From: a bacterium | Lineage (GTDB): Bacteria > JAMOTN01 | Direction of reading: 5' to 3' | Assembly: GCA_027062325.1 (NCBI GenBank) | Contig: JAMOTN010000023.1 | Location: 1-47,089, forward strand | DNA length: 47,089 bases | Shown here: positions 1 to 9,590 of the stretch, one piece after another | Layout of the letters: each line of letters begins with the position of its first letter | How positions within the stretch are numbered: position 1 is the first letter of the stretch | Position numbers and translations under genes: made by a program | The notes under the pieces: model-generated | Database searches by the model: none | What the model was told of the DNA's origin: nothing | What the model saw: only the letters and a program-made list of their open reading frames with translations

Positions 1-2124
1 TGCCTGAACATCAACACCAAAGGACCACGCATACCACTCTGGAGACATTGCAGCTCCACCTTTATCTTCTGCATAAACTGCAACATCATTTATACTCTCT
101 CTTAAATCAAATCCATATCCAGAAAAAATAACCTCGAGGGTCTGCTCAGTGATTTGATTGTAGCTTATCAAGCCGCTGTGACTGTCAAATACTAATCCAT
201 TCACTCGGAATTTTACACTATCAGTAGCCACTCCATTTTCGTCATACAATACTACTTCAATAGTCGTCCTTTTATCACTAACATAAGTGTCACGAGCAGG
301 CTTAATATCCACAACTGTTGGTCCTTCGCCACCTGTAAGAGTTATTTCCCACTCAACCGGCTCATCCATCAAGTTACCAACAGGATTTGTACCATCTGTT
401 GCAGCATCTCTAGCAATAACCTTAATCTTCAAGGTTCCTGGATTCAAACCAGATGGATTATAAGTCAAAATATGAGTAGATGGGCTGTATATGAATGTTC
501 CAAACGGTGTTGTTAGAGCAGTTGCTCCACCACCAGTTATCATGTTTTCTAGTGTCCCTTCAAAAGATGCCTCTGCATTTTCTACGTAAATTCCTATGTC
601 ATCCACACCACTACCCGCATCTGTAACTTCAAAGGAAGTACCGCTAAACTCAGCAAGAGAAACAGTGCTACCCGAAGGGTAAACTCCGGTATATCTTACT
701 TCTGGAGGAGTGGTGTCTATGTAGAACTGTGTAGTAACAGGTCCAACGTCATTGTCATACTTATCTTTTCCTCGCAGCACTACATCAACAGTTCCATCAG
801 CAAGTGGAAGCGGAACATTCAGTTCAACATCTACGCGTACTCCAGTAGGCGAAACTGTCATAGAAGGATTGTCATAAGTAAAAGTTATTCCATTTACTAT
901 CATCTCTACACTCTCTTGCTGAACTTCATCACTATCAGTAAGGTATCCTCTTATCACAGGCTGATTATTCATTAGATAAACACCAGCAGTAGGCTCCGTT
1001 ATCATTCCACTTCCAGTATAAGCACCCCTTTCAATAGTAAAATTCCCGGAAGCTCTGGCAGACTCATTACCAACTTTATCCTTAACAGTAGCATTTACAA
1101 CAACATTTCCTGGCTCCAACGTAATACCAGCTACTTTTAGATCAAATGTAATATTTCCACCAGAAGAGCTGAAACCACTAACTCTAACAGCACTGACATC
1201 AGTATCAGGATTTGACGAAGGAGTGTAAGATGTTCCATTTATTTCAACGACGATTGTGCGCGGATCAACTCCCGATTGAGCCGAAAATCCTGAAGGAGGA
1301 TTATCATTTACGGAGAACACTAATTTGGGCTGCACTTCATCCGTAGTTCCAGTTGGAGATACATATGTTATCGTTGGCACAAACGGATCGTACGTAACCG
1401 TAACGCTGACTTGGGAAGAGGTTTCACCTGAAGCATCAACCGCATACATGTATATTCTATTCTGGCCAGATCCGGTTGGGGAAAGAGTAAGAGGAAGCGC
1501 AAATGGCTGATTCTGATCCAAATTCACCGTAGTCTCAACAGTTGTATTATCAGGATACTTAATCCCCAAAACAAGGTGGTCTAAGTTACCATCCGGATCG
1601 TAAAAGCCGCCCCACCTTATACGCGGATTTGCAGAAGAAGTGAAAAGCGTTCCATTCACATCAACAGAATCAACAACTTCAATCCACGCTGAAGTTGCAG
1701 AAGGTGGTAGATTTGGGGGTGGCGGTGGGGGTGAGACAGTAAAATGTACAGGCCCTGCAGTTGCATTCCCTTCTTCATTATTGCTATTCTTAGCATAAGC
1801 ACTTGCGTTCAAAGTGTGATCTCCAGCATCCAATCCAACAACATAGATTCTTCCCGTATAACTCCCTCCTCCCGAACTAGAAAGAGGCACGCTATAGTTA
1901 TTTCCGTCTATCGAAACTTGAGCATACACAACCTCTAATGTAGCATATGGATTATTATTAACAGTAACACTCAATTCAACAGGCACTGGATCATCATAAT
2001 TATAAGTAGAACCATCTGAAGGACTATTTATATTAACTGTCACCGTTATTGCTGTATAACCTATAGAGAATGCAAGCACAACGCCGAGGATAACCGCAAT
2101 CTTCAAAATTCTCCTCAAACTCAT
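1..2124 (-). CDS. Large secreted Ig-like (Big-type) repeat surface protein, partial (runs off the left edge)
   Basis: Not in ORF track; translated by hand. ATG at 2124 after GAGGGGGG SD, open to position 1 (708 codons). MSLRRILKIAVILGVVLAFSIGYTA signal peptide, PPPPPP linker, repeated beta-sandwich motifs (YAVDASGE, TVKDKVGNES, GKDKYDND, IDTTPP, TDAGSGVD). Confidence 0.85.
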   Translation of the reverse strand, partial: MSLRRILKIAVILGVVLAFSIGYTAITVTVNINSPSDGSTYNYDDPVPVELSVTVNNNPYATLEVVYAQVSIDGNNYSVPLSSSGGGSYTGRIYVVGLDAGDHTLNASAYAKNSNNEEGNATAGPVHFTVSPPPPPPNLPPSATSAWIEVVDSVDVNGTLFTSSANPRIRWGGFYDPDGNLDHLVLGIKYPDNTTVETTVNLDQNQPFALPLTLSPTGSGQNRIYMYAVDASGETSSQVSVTVTYDPFVPTITYVSPTGTTDEVQPKLVFSVNDNPPSGFSAQSGVDPRTIVVEINGTSYTPSSNPDTDVSAVRVSGFSSSGGNITFDLKVAGITLEPGNVVVNATVKDKVGNESARASGNFTIERGAYTGSGMITEPTAGVYLMNNQPVIRGYLTDSDEVQQESVEMIVNGITFTYDNPSMTVSPTGVRVDVELNVPLPLADGTVDVVLRGKDKYDNDVGPVTTQFYIDTTPPEVRYTGVYPSGSTVSLAEFSGTSFEVTDAGSGVDDIGIYVENAEASFEGTLENMITGGGATALTTPFGTFIYSPSTHILTYNPSGLNPGTLKIKVIARDAATDGTNPVGNLMDEPVEWEITLTGGEGPTVVDIKPARDTYVSDKRTTIEVVLYDENGVATDSVKFRVNGLVFDSHSGLISYNQITEQTLEVIFSGYGFDLRESINDVAVYAEDKGGAAMSPEWYAWSFGVDVQA

Positions 2125-2160
2125 ATACACTTCCCCCCTCAAAGATACTCTTCAATTAAC

Positions 2161-2187
2161 ACTTCGGAAGAAAAAAGTTCAACTTTA
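2161..2187 (-). promoter_or_regulatory. Putative sigma28 promoter of the Ig-like protein
   Basis: Minus strand reads TAAA(GTT)-N15-TCCGAAGT against consensus TAAA-N15-GCCGATAA. Confidence 0.5.
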
Positions 2188-2207
2188 CACCTAACACTCA
2201 AATTTAC

Positions 2208-2235
2208 TAAAACTCATCGCAACCAATGCCGAAAA
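2208..2235 (+). promoter_or_regulatory. Putative sigma28 promoter of flgF
   Basis: TAAA-N16-GCCGAAAA ending 30 nt upstream of the ATG. Confidence 0.6.
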
Positions 2236-2265
2236 ATTCTTTTAGGAAAGAGAGGGGGATGAGGT

Positions 2266-3111
2266 ATGCAAAGATCTCTTTATACAGCAACCTGTGGAAT
2301 GCTAGTATCAGATGCAGTAGTTCAAACTGTTGCAAACAATCTTGCCAATGTAAATACCACAGCCTTCAAAAAAGACAGAGTAGCAATCAAGGCATACCCT
2401 CAAAAAGACGTGTATAGAATAAAAGATAAACCTTTTTTTGCTCCACCTGTTGGTCTTTTTCCTCAATATATTGGAAAACTCTCCACCGGAGCAGCAGTAG
2501 ATGAAGTTGCTACCGATTTCACGCGTGGCCCAATGAAGGTTACAGATAATAAACTAGACTTTTACATAGACGGAGATTCATTTTTTCTGGTACGCGACAG
2601 AAACGGCAAAATTTACTTTACTCGCGACGGAAGATTCAAGCTAGGTCCGTCAGGTGTTCTCTTAACACGAGATGGACTGATGGTAATGGGCCTAACTCCA
2701 CCTGCCTTTACTACGCAGGGAAACGTCGTAGCTGACTCATCAGGAAAGCTCGCGCGCAATGCCAAACCCATCTCTCTAAGCAATTTAAAAAACTTTAGTG
2801 TAGCAGAAGATGGCACAATAAATGGCTCATTTCCAAACGGAATGGTAATAATGATTGTAAAAGTAAACCCAAAATATCTCAAAAAAATTGGCAAAAATTT
2901 GTACACTTGGGCTGGCCCCAAATCTCAATTTTCATTTGATAAAGAAGCAAGACTGATTCAGGGGGCAGTAGAACTCTCAAATGTCAATGCTGTAGAAGAG
3001 ATGACCCGAATGATCCAATCATTCAGAATGTTCGAGATAAATCAAAAAGTAATCACAACAACTGATGCCATGAATGATAAAATTATTAATGCATCCAAAC
3101 CAACTGCATAA
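2266..3111 (+). CDS. flgF: Flagellar basal-body rod protein FlgF/FlgG family
   Basis: N-terminal ANNLANVNT, YFTRDGRF, C-terminal ELSNVNAVEEM..MI...R.FE.NQK. FlgF versus FlgG is not certain. Confidence 0.85.
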   Translation: MQRSLYTATCGMLVSDAVVQTVANNLANVNTTAFKKDRVAIKAYPQKDVYRIKDKPFFAPPVGLFPQYIGKLSTGAAVDEVATDFTRGPMKVTDNKLDFYIDGDSFFLVRDRNGKIYFTRDGRFKLGPSGVLLTRDGLMVMGLTPPAFTTQGNVVADSSGKLARNAKPISLSNLKNFSVAEDGTINGSFPNGMVIMIVKVNPKYLKKIGKNLYTWAGPKSQFSFDKEARLIQGAVELSNVNAVEEMTRMIQSFRMFEINQKVITTTDAMNDKIINASKPTA

Positions 3112-3117
3112 TACTTC

Positions 3118-3474
3118 CTAAAATTTATAGCCGCAATTTTTAATGTGCTTATACTTATCCTCTTCAGAAAGAGGATATAAACGGCACATTATGGGCTTAT
3201 GTTTGTGAACTCTGCAAAGTGGTACTCCATTCTCATAGTAAAGATACGGACACTCAAATGTAACACTACAACATTTACCACACATTAAGCACCTTCCACT
3301 ACGTACCACCTTTATCTTTATCTCAAAATCTATCTCGGTAAGTTTAAAAACCAACCTGATTCTTCTCCAAAATTGGTGCAGCAACCCTACCACCCAAAAA
3401 ATCTTTTCAATTCCAAATGCTTCGATTAACATTCTCAGAACCTTCCACTTAAAAACTCTCACTAAATGCACCAC
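3118..3474 (-). CDS. YkgJ-type CxxCxxCC zinc/iron-chelating domain protein
   Basis: CLMCGKCC, CPYL, C.VH..KP.MCRLYP motifs. Confidence 0.8.
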   Translation of the reverse strand: MVHLVRVFKWKVLRMLIEAFGIEKIFWVVGLLHQFWRRIRLVFKLTEIDFEIKIKVVRSGRCLMCGKCCSVTFECPYLYYENGVPLCRVHKHKPIMCRLYPLSEEDKYKHIKNCGYKF

Positions 3475-3518
3475 CCAATGCTAATAAAAACAGATAAAAA
3501 TTTATGAAAAACACTACC

Positions 3519-4475
3519 TTATTTTCTATCGAAAGGAACCTTTACAACAACAAGCTCATACGGATAAGTGCCATCTGCAAAAAACTCAAAGCTTTTAAAA
3601 ACAACATTACCTTCTTTCGCTACTGCAAGTTTTAAATCCCTTTCAAAAGAATTTCTAAAGTCCTCAGTTCCATCCCTCAAGCAAAACAACATTATAAGTT
3701 CTATTCCTCTCTTTCCTTCAAAAGTAACATAAGGCAAAACATCTATTTTCCCCCATCTTATATAGGAAGCTACTTTAAACTTGTCCGGAAAAGCTATTCC
3801 CAAACTTGGAGCATCAAATACCCAGCAGGCAATTGCGTAGCGATAATCTGCTTCTCCTAAGTAATCAAGAACATTTAACTCGTAAGTACTAGTCTGCCTT
3901 ATTGCCTCTTCCAATCCAGGCATAGCCATATCCTCAAATTTCAACTCTAATCCCGATTCAAAAGTAGAATGCTCTATTTCATGCACTTTTAGAAAATAAT
4001 CAAATCTTGTATTAAAAATGGCACTCATTCTATCAAAGTCTTTTTGTACATCAGCAAAAGAAACTCCGGGTAAAAAAATTCGTTGATCCAACTTAAAAAC
4101 CTGTCTTCTATATGTACTCCCATCTACGGGATTTCTGAATTCTTCAGTAGCTTTGAAAAATTTGCCCACCATAAAAAATGCTGCATACTTATCAAAATCT
4201 ACTCCTTTTTCCTTCCATAAATCAAAAAACTTTCTCCACCTTTCACCTAAGCTTCCAAGCGAACTAGAGGTAGTAGCCTCAAATTTAGCACTTCCATAAT
4301 CAATACTTTCTAAATAAAACTTTAAATACTTCAAATTCACATAAAGTGCATAATCTGCCTTAAAGTTTGACATTTGATTATCTATCGCCTCGTAAGTATA
4401 ATCCATATCGCTGAACAAAGCTGCAACAATCATAACCATTCCCATTATTAGGAACACTATTATCCTCAATTCCAT
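3519..4475 (-). CDS. Hypothetical exported or membrane-anchored protein
   Basis: 318 aa ORF, hydrophobic N-terminus, GGAGGG SD, directly downstream of fliA. Confidence 0.7.
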   Translation of the reverse strand: MELRIIVFLIMGMVMIVAALFSDMDYTYEAIDNQMSNFKADYALYVNLKYLKFYLESIDYGSAKFEATTSSSLGSLGERWRKFFDLWKEKGVDFDKYAAFFMVGKFFKATEEFRNPVDGSTYRRQVFKLDQRIFLPGVSFADVQKDFDRMSAIFNTRFDYFLKVHEIEHSTFESGLELKFEDMAMPGLEEAIRQTSTYELNVLDYLGEADYRYAIACWVFDAPSLGIAFPDKFKVASYIRWGKIDVLPYVTFEGKRGIELIMLFCLRDGTEDFRNSFERDLKLAVAKEGNVVFKSFEFFADGTYPYELVVVKVPFDRK

Positions 4476-4489
4476 CCCTCCACCTGCTC

Positions 4490-5284
4490 TTATATCTCAC
4501 CTTGAGCCCACACGGAGTAAAACTCTTCCAAATACCCTCTAAGACGCGACAAACCCTTCGAATAAAGCTGACTCACACGCGAATCAGAAACACCTAAAAC
4601 TTTGGCAATGTGTTTATGCGGCAATCCCTCAACGTGATGAAGATATATCACAAGTCTTTCATTCTCAGGTAACTTCGCTAAAGCTTTTTTCAACTCTTCG
4701 TGCAGAGAATCTTTTATCGCACTTCTTTGAGGATCGTATTCTGAAGAAGCAATTGTCTCTTCCCGGAGAATCTCACCTTCAGAAGTCGAGTAGATAACAT
4801 CACTTGTTGAGAGAAGATACACCATATTTAACTCTTCTAAACGTTTTCTCAGTTCCCGCAAACTTATTCCTAAATACTGAGCTACCTCTTCATCTGTAGC
4901 AGGTCTCCCCAACTTTCTCTCAAGTTCAGTATACGCTCTCTGCACCTCTTTTACCCTTTTTCTTGCAGTTCTGGACATCCAATCAACTTCTCGCAATTCG
5001 TCAAGTATTGCCCCTCTTATCCTGTTCTGAGCATAACTTTTAAATTTTACTCCTTTAGAAGGATCGTACTTTTCAATGGCATCCATCAACCCTAAATTCC
5101 CACTGCTTATTAAATCATCCACACTAACACTTTTGGGAACATTTTTGTAAACGCTATAAGCTATTTGAACAACAAGAGGAGTGTATTTTTCAACTATTCT
5201 CTCAAGTGCAGAGCGATCCCCCTCTTCTTTATACGCTCTCCACAACTCCAGATCCTCATCTATTCTCTCTTTTTTCCTCGGCAC
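4490..5284 (-). CDS. fliA: RNA polymerase sigma factor FliA/WhiG (sigma28)
   Basis: DDLISSGNLGLMDAIEKYDPSKGVKFKSYAQNRIRGAILDELREVDW; region 4 LGVSDSRVSQL. Confidence 0.95.
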   Translation of the reverse strand: MPRKKERIDEDLELWRAYKEEGDRSALERIVEKYTPLVVQIAYSVYKNVPKSVSVDDLISSGNLGLMDAIEKYDPSKGVKFKSYAQNRIRGAILDELREVDWMSRTARKRVKEVQRAYTELERKLGRPATDEEVAQYLGISLRELRKRLEELNMVYLLSTSDVIYSTSEGEILREETIASSEYDPQRSAIKDSLHEELKKALAKLPENERLVIYLHHVEGLPHKHIAKVLGVSDSRVSQLYSKGLSRLRGYLEEFYSVWAQGEI

Positions 5285-5350
5285 CTCTCCATCCCCCCAT
5301 TATGTGTGTATTTTATCAGAAAGTAGAAACATAGAAAAGTAGACACTAAT

Positions 5351-5375
5351 AAAAATCCCCTCCAAACTGGAGGGG
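5351..5375 (-). terminator. Intrinsic terminator after the PorV-like gene
   Basis: CCCCTCCA-GTT-TGGAGGGG stem followed by ATTTTT on the minus strand. Confidence 0.8.
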
Positions 5376-5427
5376 CAAAGTTGTTAGTAACAATACCATT
5401 TATTAATTTTAGAGCTGCTGATTATCA

Positions 5428-6450
5428 TCACCAACTCCAACCAACAGAGACCCTATGAAGATTCCCTAATCCATCTTCAGCATAAGCGTAATCCAACTTT
5501 AGTTGATCGTTAATCTTAATTCTTGCACCTGCTGTTACACCATTTTGATTCTTTCCCAACCTTATTGAAAACCTATCTTTGAATGACTTTTCAACTCCCG
5601 CTAAAACCTCTGCATCCTCATCTTCAATCTTTAAAACCTCCAATCCAAACTTCAATCCATACTCTGCTTTATCATAAACAAGACCAAATCTTACATACAC
5701 TGGTACATCATCATTTTCTGACTTATCATCCCAATCAAGCTCTGCACCAATATTTGAAACTGAAAGACCAAGGGACAGTCTATCGGTAGGTTTGTAAGCA
5801 ATTCCCAAATCCACTCCAACTCCATCTGCAGAATAAGTATAGACATCCTGATTCAAAAATTTTAAGGATACTCCGAAAGCCACATCACTTCTAAACCTAT
5901 AACCTGCGCTCAACCATATAGCATCTTCTTTATCATCAAACGTACCTAGGATATTTCCATTATTATCTGTGCGCAATATGTCATCAACCTCAAATCTTCC
6001 CCAACCAATCGCGTAAGCTAACTTACCAACACGAGTTGAAAATCCAAAGAACTTGTAGCTTCTATCGAGGGGCATGTTGCAGCTTGTGGATATCATATCC
6101 TGCTTTGGCTCTTGATAAGCGATGTTTGCAGGATTCCAGTAAACCGAGTCAGCACCTGAAAAATCAGCAACCCCTATTCCACCCATTCCAACACCACGGG
6201 CCGACACTCCTATTTTCAAAAAAGCAGCAGCTCCTCCTGCAGAATCAGAAGTTGTGTCTGCAAATGATGCAACTGTAGCAAAAACAATTAATACTAGCAC
6301 TATAGCCGTTTTTAACAACGCTCCTCCATATCCTGCCCTTTTTCCAAAAGTTTTACCACCCTTTACTTTATCTACTTCAAAGTGCGGTGCTGAGCTATCC
6401 AAACCCATTCTACTCTCCAAATCAACCAAGCCCCATAATCTATACTTCAT
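5428..6450 (-). CDS. PorV/PorQ-family (FadL-like) outer-membrane beta-barrel
   Basis: AAAFLKIGVSARGVGMGG and YWNPA motifs, alternating beta strands, C-terminal aromatic residue (VSVGWSW). Start uncertain. Confidence 0.8.
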   Translation of the reverse strand: MKYRLWGLVDLESRMGLDSSAPHFEVDKVKGGKTFGKRAGYGGALLKTAIVLVLIVFATVASFADTTSDSAGGAAAFLKIGVSARGVGMGGIGVADFSGADSVYWNPANIAYQEPKQDMISTSCNMPLDRSYKFFGFSTRVGKLAYAIGWGRFEVDDILRTDNNGNILGTFDDKEDAIWLSAGYRFRSDVAFGVSLKFLNQDVYTYSADGVGVDLGIAYKPTDRLSLGLSVSNIGAELDWDDKSENDDVPVYVRFGLVYDKAEYGLKFGLEVLKIEDEDAEVLAGVEKSFKDRFSIRLGKNQNGVTAGARIKINDQLKLDYAYAEDGLGNLHRVSVGWSW

Positions 6451-6492
6451 AATACTTCACCCCTCGACACCTGAACTTAAAGAAATTCATTC

Positions 6493-7902
6493 TTAACTTC
6501 CACTGCCAGTATATACTCCAACAACATAGTTATCATCAGGGCCAGCAATAGAATCCGGTTTGATTACAAGTTCTCCACCACCATTATTTCCCGTGCTAAT
6601 GGGAGTCCCAGCTATACTAACAGTAACTGTTCTAACACCGGCCGGCACATTTGGAACTTCATAGTAAGCTATATGGTAGTTCACTCCCGTAACTGTAGAA
6701 GTTTGAACCTGCGTAGGAGTAATGGATCTGCTCGGAATTCCCGCAACATTTAAAGCAGTGGCGTTATTGACAAGGAAAGTAAACTCATCGGCACCTATAT
6801 CATCATTTTTCGCAATCACCTTTATTTTCAGCGTTGCCGACAGAGCTTGCAAAGTAATTGTATCTATCGAAACCTGAGGCAAAGCAGGGGTAAGAACAAA
6901 TTCCTGAGGGTAAGAATCAGAAGCCACACTAAAATAAGGGCTCGTAACTTCTAACACATACTTATGAGTCGTATTAGTTGGAAGAAGTGGCACATCTGTT
7001 AATTCTACCTTTGCAGACACATCCCCATTATTCTGTAAGTTGTCTATATCAGCATCGTATATGGGCTTCCCACCAATAGCATCAAGCCAAATTGTTATGT
7101 GAATTCCCTTTGTCAATCCATCTGGACAGTAAAGATGGCAAGTCACATTTCCCGTACCTGCTCTGAGATGAAAATCTACAGTGGTTTCGCGATTCGCATA
7201 AACAGTAACTCCACTTGCAGTATTTCCCTCTACTCTGCTGATTACTCTTTCTCCTTCACTTGAACTACTCTCAGTAGGATATCCTTCCGCTATAACTTGA
7301 AGGTTATATTCACCTTCTGCAACCACAAGTTCATATTCTCCATTACTATTAGTTGTCGCAGAATATGTATTGCTGCTTGTAGTAGTCTCTGTATCAGTCT
7401 CTCCCTCAGTAGCTGTTGAAGTACTCTTCGCAACAACAAGAGCATTTGCAATTGGCTCTCCAGTGACTCCATCGTAAACTTTTCCTCTTATTACTCCCGT
7501 TCCAGTAGTGGTTATTCTTTCCAACTTTATAAGCACAGGATAAATTTCACCTGCGGATACTTTAAAACCCACTCCCTCTGCAGCTGCATCACTGGGAATT
7601 ATGCTATCCGGAATCTTATCCTTTACTTTCCAACCATCACTTATAACATTAAAGTAATAAGTTTTGTACGGATCAAGCCCTCTTATACTAACTTTTCCAT
7701 TTGCATCAGTTTGATAAACTTTCTGAAGTGTCGGCTCATCAGAGCGAACCAATAACAACTGAATTCCCTGCAAAGGAGCACCTGTAGAGATGTCAACCAC
7801 ACTAACATCAAATCCTGCATCAGAAGTAGTGGCTCCCAAGCTACATCCTGCTATGAAAACAAAGGCAGCCACTACAGGGATCAACCACAAAATCTTTCTC
7901 AT
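6493..7902 (-). CDS. Lipoprotein with carboxypeptidase-regulatory-like (transthyretin-fold) domains
   Basis: Lipobox FIAG|C; GKVYDGVTGEPIANALV, TNSNGEY, V.AEGY motifs; Thr/Ser-rich linker. Confidence 0.8.
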   Translation of the reverse strand: MRKILWLIPVVAAFVFIAGCSLGATTSDAGFDVSVVDISTGAPLQGIQLLLVRSDEPTLQKVYQTDANGKVSIRGLDPYKTYYFNVISDGWKVKDKIPDSIIPSDAAAEGVGFKVSAGEIYPVLIKLERITTTGTGVIRGKVYDGVTGEPIANALVVAKSTSTATEGETDTETTTSSNTYSATTNSNGEYELVVAEGEYNLQVIAEGYPTESSSSEGERVISRVEGNTASGVTVYANRETTVDFHLRAGTGNVTCHLYCPDGLTKGIHITIWLDAIGGKPIYDADIDNLQNNGDVSAKVELTDVPLLPTNTTHKYVLEVTSPYFSVASDSYPQEFVLTPALPQVSIDTITLQALSATLKIKVIAKNDDIGADEFTFLVNNATALNVAGIPSRSITPTQVQTSTVTGVNYHIAYYEVPNVPAGVRTVTVSIAGTPISTGNNGGGELVIKPDSIAGPDDNYVVGVYTGSGS

Positions 7903-7946
7903 ACACTATCCCTCCCTGCCAACTCCTTAGAAACTTCCTGTAAACT

Positions 7947-7973
7947 AAATCGACAGGGAGGGGATACTTTTTA
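7947..7973 (-). promoter_or_regulatory. Putative sigma28 promoter of the lipoprotein/PorV-like pair
   Basis: Minus strand reads TAAA-N15-GTCGATTT. Confidence 0.5.
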
Positions 7974-7974
7974 A

Positions 7975-9105
7975 CTAACCAAACAGTTTTAGAAGGTATC
8001 CAGCAACCACAGCAGATCCTATAACTCCAGCAACGTTAGGCCCCATCGCATGCATCAAAATGAAATTTGAAGGATCTTCTTGAGAAGCTATTCTTTGCAC
8101 CACACGTGCAGACATTGGAACAGCAGAAACTCCAGCAGCACCTATCATCGGATTTATCTTGTCCTTCAAAAACAGATTCATAAATTTAGCAAACAAAACG
8201 CCGGCCGCCGTTGCAAAAGCAAAGGCAACTGCTCCAAGAATAACTATCTTTATAGTCTTTAAAGTCAAGAAAGTATCCGCTCTCATAGTTGCTCCAACTG
8301 CTAATCCAAGAATTATTGTCAAAATGTCTATAAATGCATTTTGAACAGTTGTACTCAGTCTCTCAACAACTCCACACTCTCTCAACAAATTTCCAAACAT
8401 GAGCATTCCAACCAAAGGTGTGGCATCTGGTATGAGAAGACAAGTTACAATTGTAACCACTATGGGAAATAGAATTTTTTCTTCCCTACTAACATTGCGA
8501 AGTATAGGCATCTTAATTCTTCTCTCATCTCTACTGGTCAACAATTTAATAACAGGTGGCTGTATCAATGGTACAAGAGACATATACGAATAAGCTGCAA
8601 CTGCAACAGGTCCCAATATATGTGGTGCAAGCTTAGCTGTCAAAAATATCGTAGTTGGACCATCAGCCCCTCCTATTATTCCTATACTAGCTGCTTCCTT
8701 AAATGAAAATCCAAGCCAGATAGCCCCGTACAAAGCAGCAAATATGCCAAATTGAGCAGCTGCCCCAAGGAGAAAAGTTAAAGGATTGGCAAGAAGTGGG
8801 GTAAAATCTGTGAGTGCCCCAACACCAAGAAATATTAACGGCGGAACTATTTCTAATCTAACAGTTTGCAATAGATAATAAAACAATCCCCCCGCTTCCT
8901 GACCATGTGGAACTTTGACCAATACGTGTGGTGGAATATTCACCAGTATAGTTGAAAAGCCTATAGGAACCAGCAAAGCAGGCTCGTATTGCTTTTTTAT
9001 ACCAAACCAAAGCAATAAAAGTCCCACACCTATCATAACCAGGTTCTTCCAACTAAGCATCAAAATTCCTTCAAACAACAATTTAGTAATATCCAACCCT
9101 ATCAC
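7975..9105 (-). CDS. oadB: Na+-translocating decarboxylase beta subunit (OadB/MmdB/GcdB)
   Basis: IGIIGGADGPT, AAYSYMSLVP, GVSAVPMSAR, HAMGPNVAGVIGSA. Confidence 0.95.
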   Translation of the reverse strand: MIGLDITKLLFEGILMLSWKNLVMIGVGLLLLWFGIKKQYEPALLVPIGFSTILVNIPPHVLVKVPHGQEAGGLFYYLLQTVRLEIVPPLIFLGVGALTDFTPLLANPLTFLLGAAAQFGIFAALYGAIWLGFSFKEAASIGIIGGADGPTTIFLTAKLAPHILGPVAVAAYSYMSLVPLIQPPVIKLLTSRDERRIKMPILRNVSREEKILFPIVVTIVTCLLIPDATPLVGMLMFGNLLRECGVVERLSTTVQNAFIDILTIILGLAVGATMRADTFLTLKTIKIVILGAVAFAFATAAGVLFAKFMNLFLKDKINPMIGAAGVSAVPMSARVVQRIASQEDPSNFILMHAMGPNVAGVIGSAVVAGYLLKLFG

Positions 9106-9131
9106 CTCGCGGCTTTATCACACTTTAAAAA

Positions 9132-9590
9132 CTACTCAAATTCAATCAAAGCCTGACCATTTTCAACTGTTTCGCCCTCTTTCACCAATATCTTTTTAAC
9201 CACTCCATCAATTGGTGATGGAATATCATTATTCATCTTCATAGCCTCAAGCACAATTACTATTTCTCCCTTTTTAACACTATCCCCCTCAGAAACCTTC
9301 ACGTGAACAACTCTTCCTGCTATTGGAGCTTTTAAAACTTTGCCATCTAATGAAGCTGAAGGAGTAGAAGTTACAGGTTTTGAAACTGCAGGAGTATCAA
9401 CAACAGTCTGGGTTGAAGAAACAGAGCTAAAATTACCAGCACTTTCCTTATTTACTCCCGATCCAAAATCTTCCAGCTCTTCCACTACAACTTCATAAGT
9501 TTTTCCATTAACAGACACCTTAAATTTTCTTGCACGTCCCACACCTATTCCCCCCTGTTTACCACTATTTTTACTCAACTTTAAACTCAA
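9132..9590 (-). CDS. Biotin carboxyl-carrier (gamma) subunit, MmdC/GcdC type
   Basis: KFKVSVNGKTYEVVVEE N-terminal motif, S/T/P linker, EAMKM biotinylation site. True start may be downstream. Confidence 0.9.
   Translation of the reverse strand: MSLKLSKNSGKQGGIGVGRARKFKVSVNGKTYEVVVEELEDFGSGVNKESAGNFSSVSSTQTVVDTPAVSKPVTSTPSASLDGKVLKAPIAGRVVHVKVSEGDSVKKGEIVIVLEAMKMNNDIPSPIDGVVKKILVKEGETVENGQALIEFE

Noticed and set aside
1325-1938. Plus-strand ORFs 1325-1510 and 1744-1938
   Set aside because: Antisense shadows of the long minus-strand Ig-like ORF.
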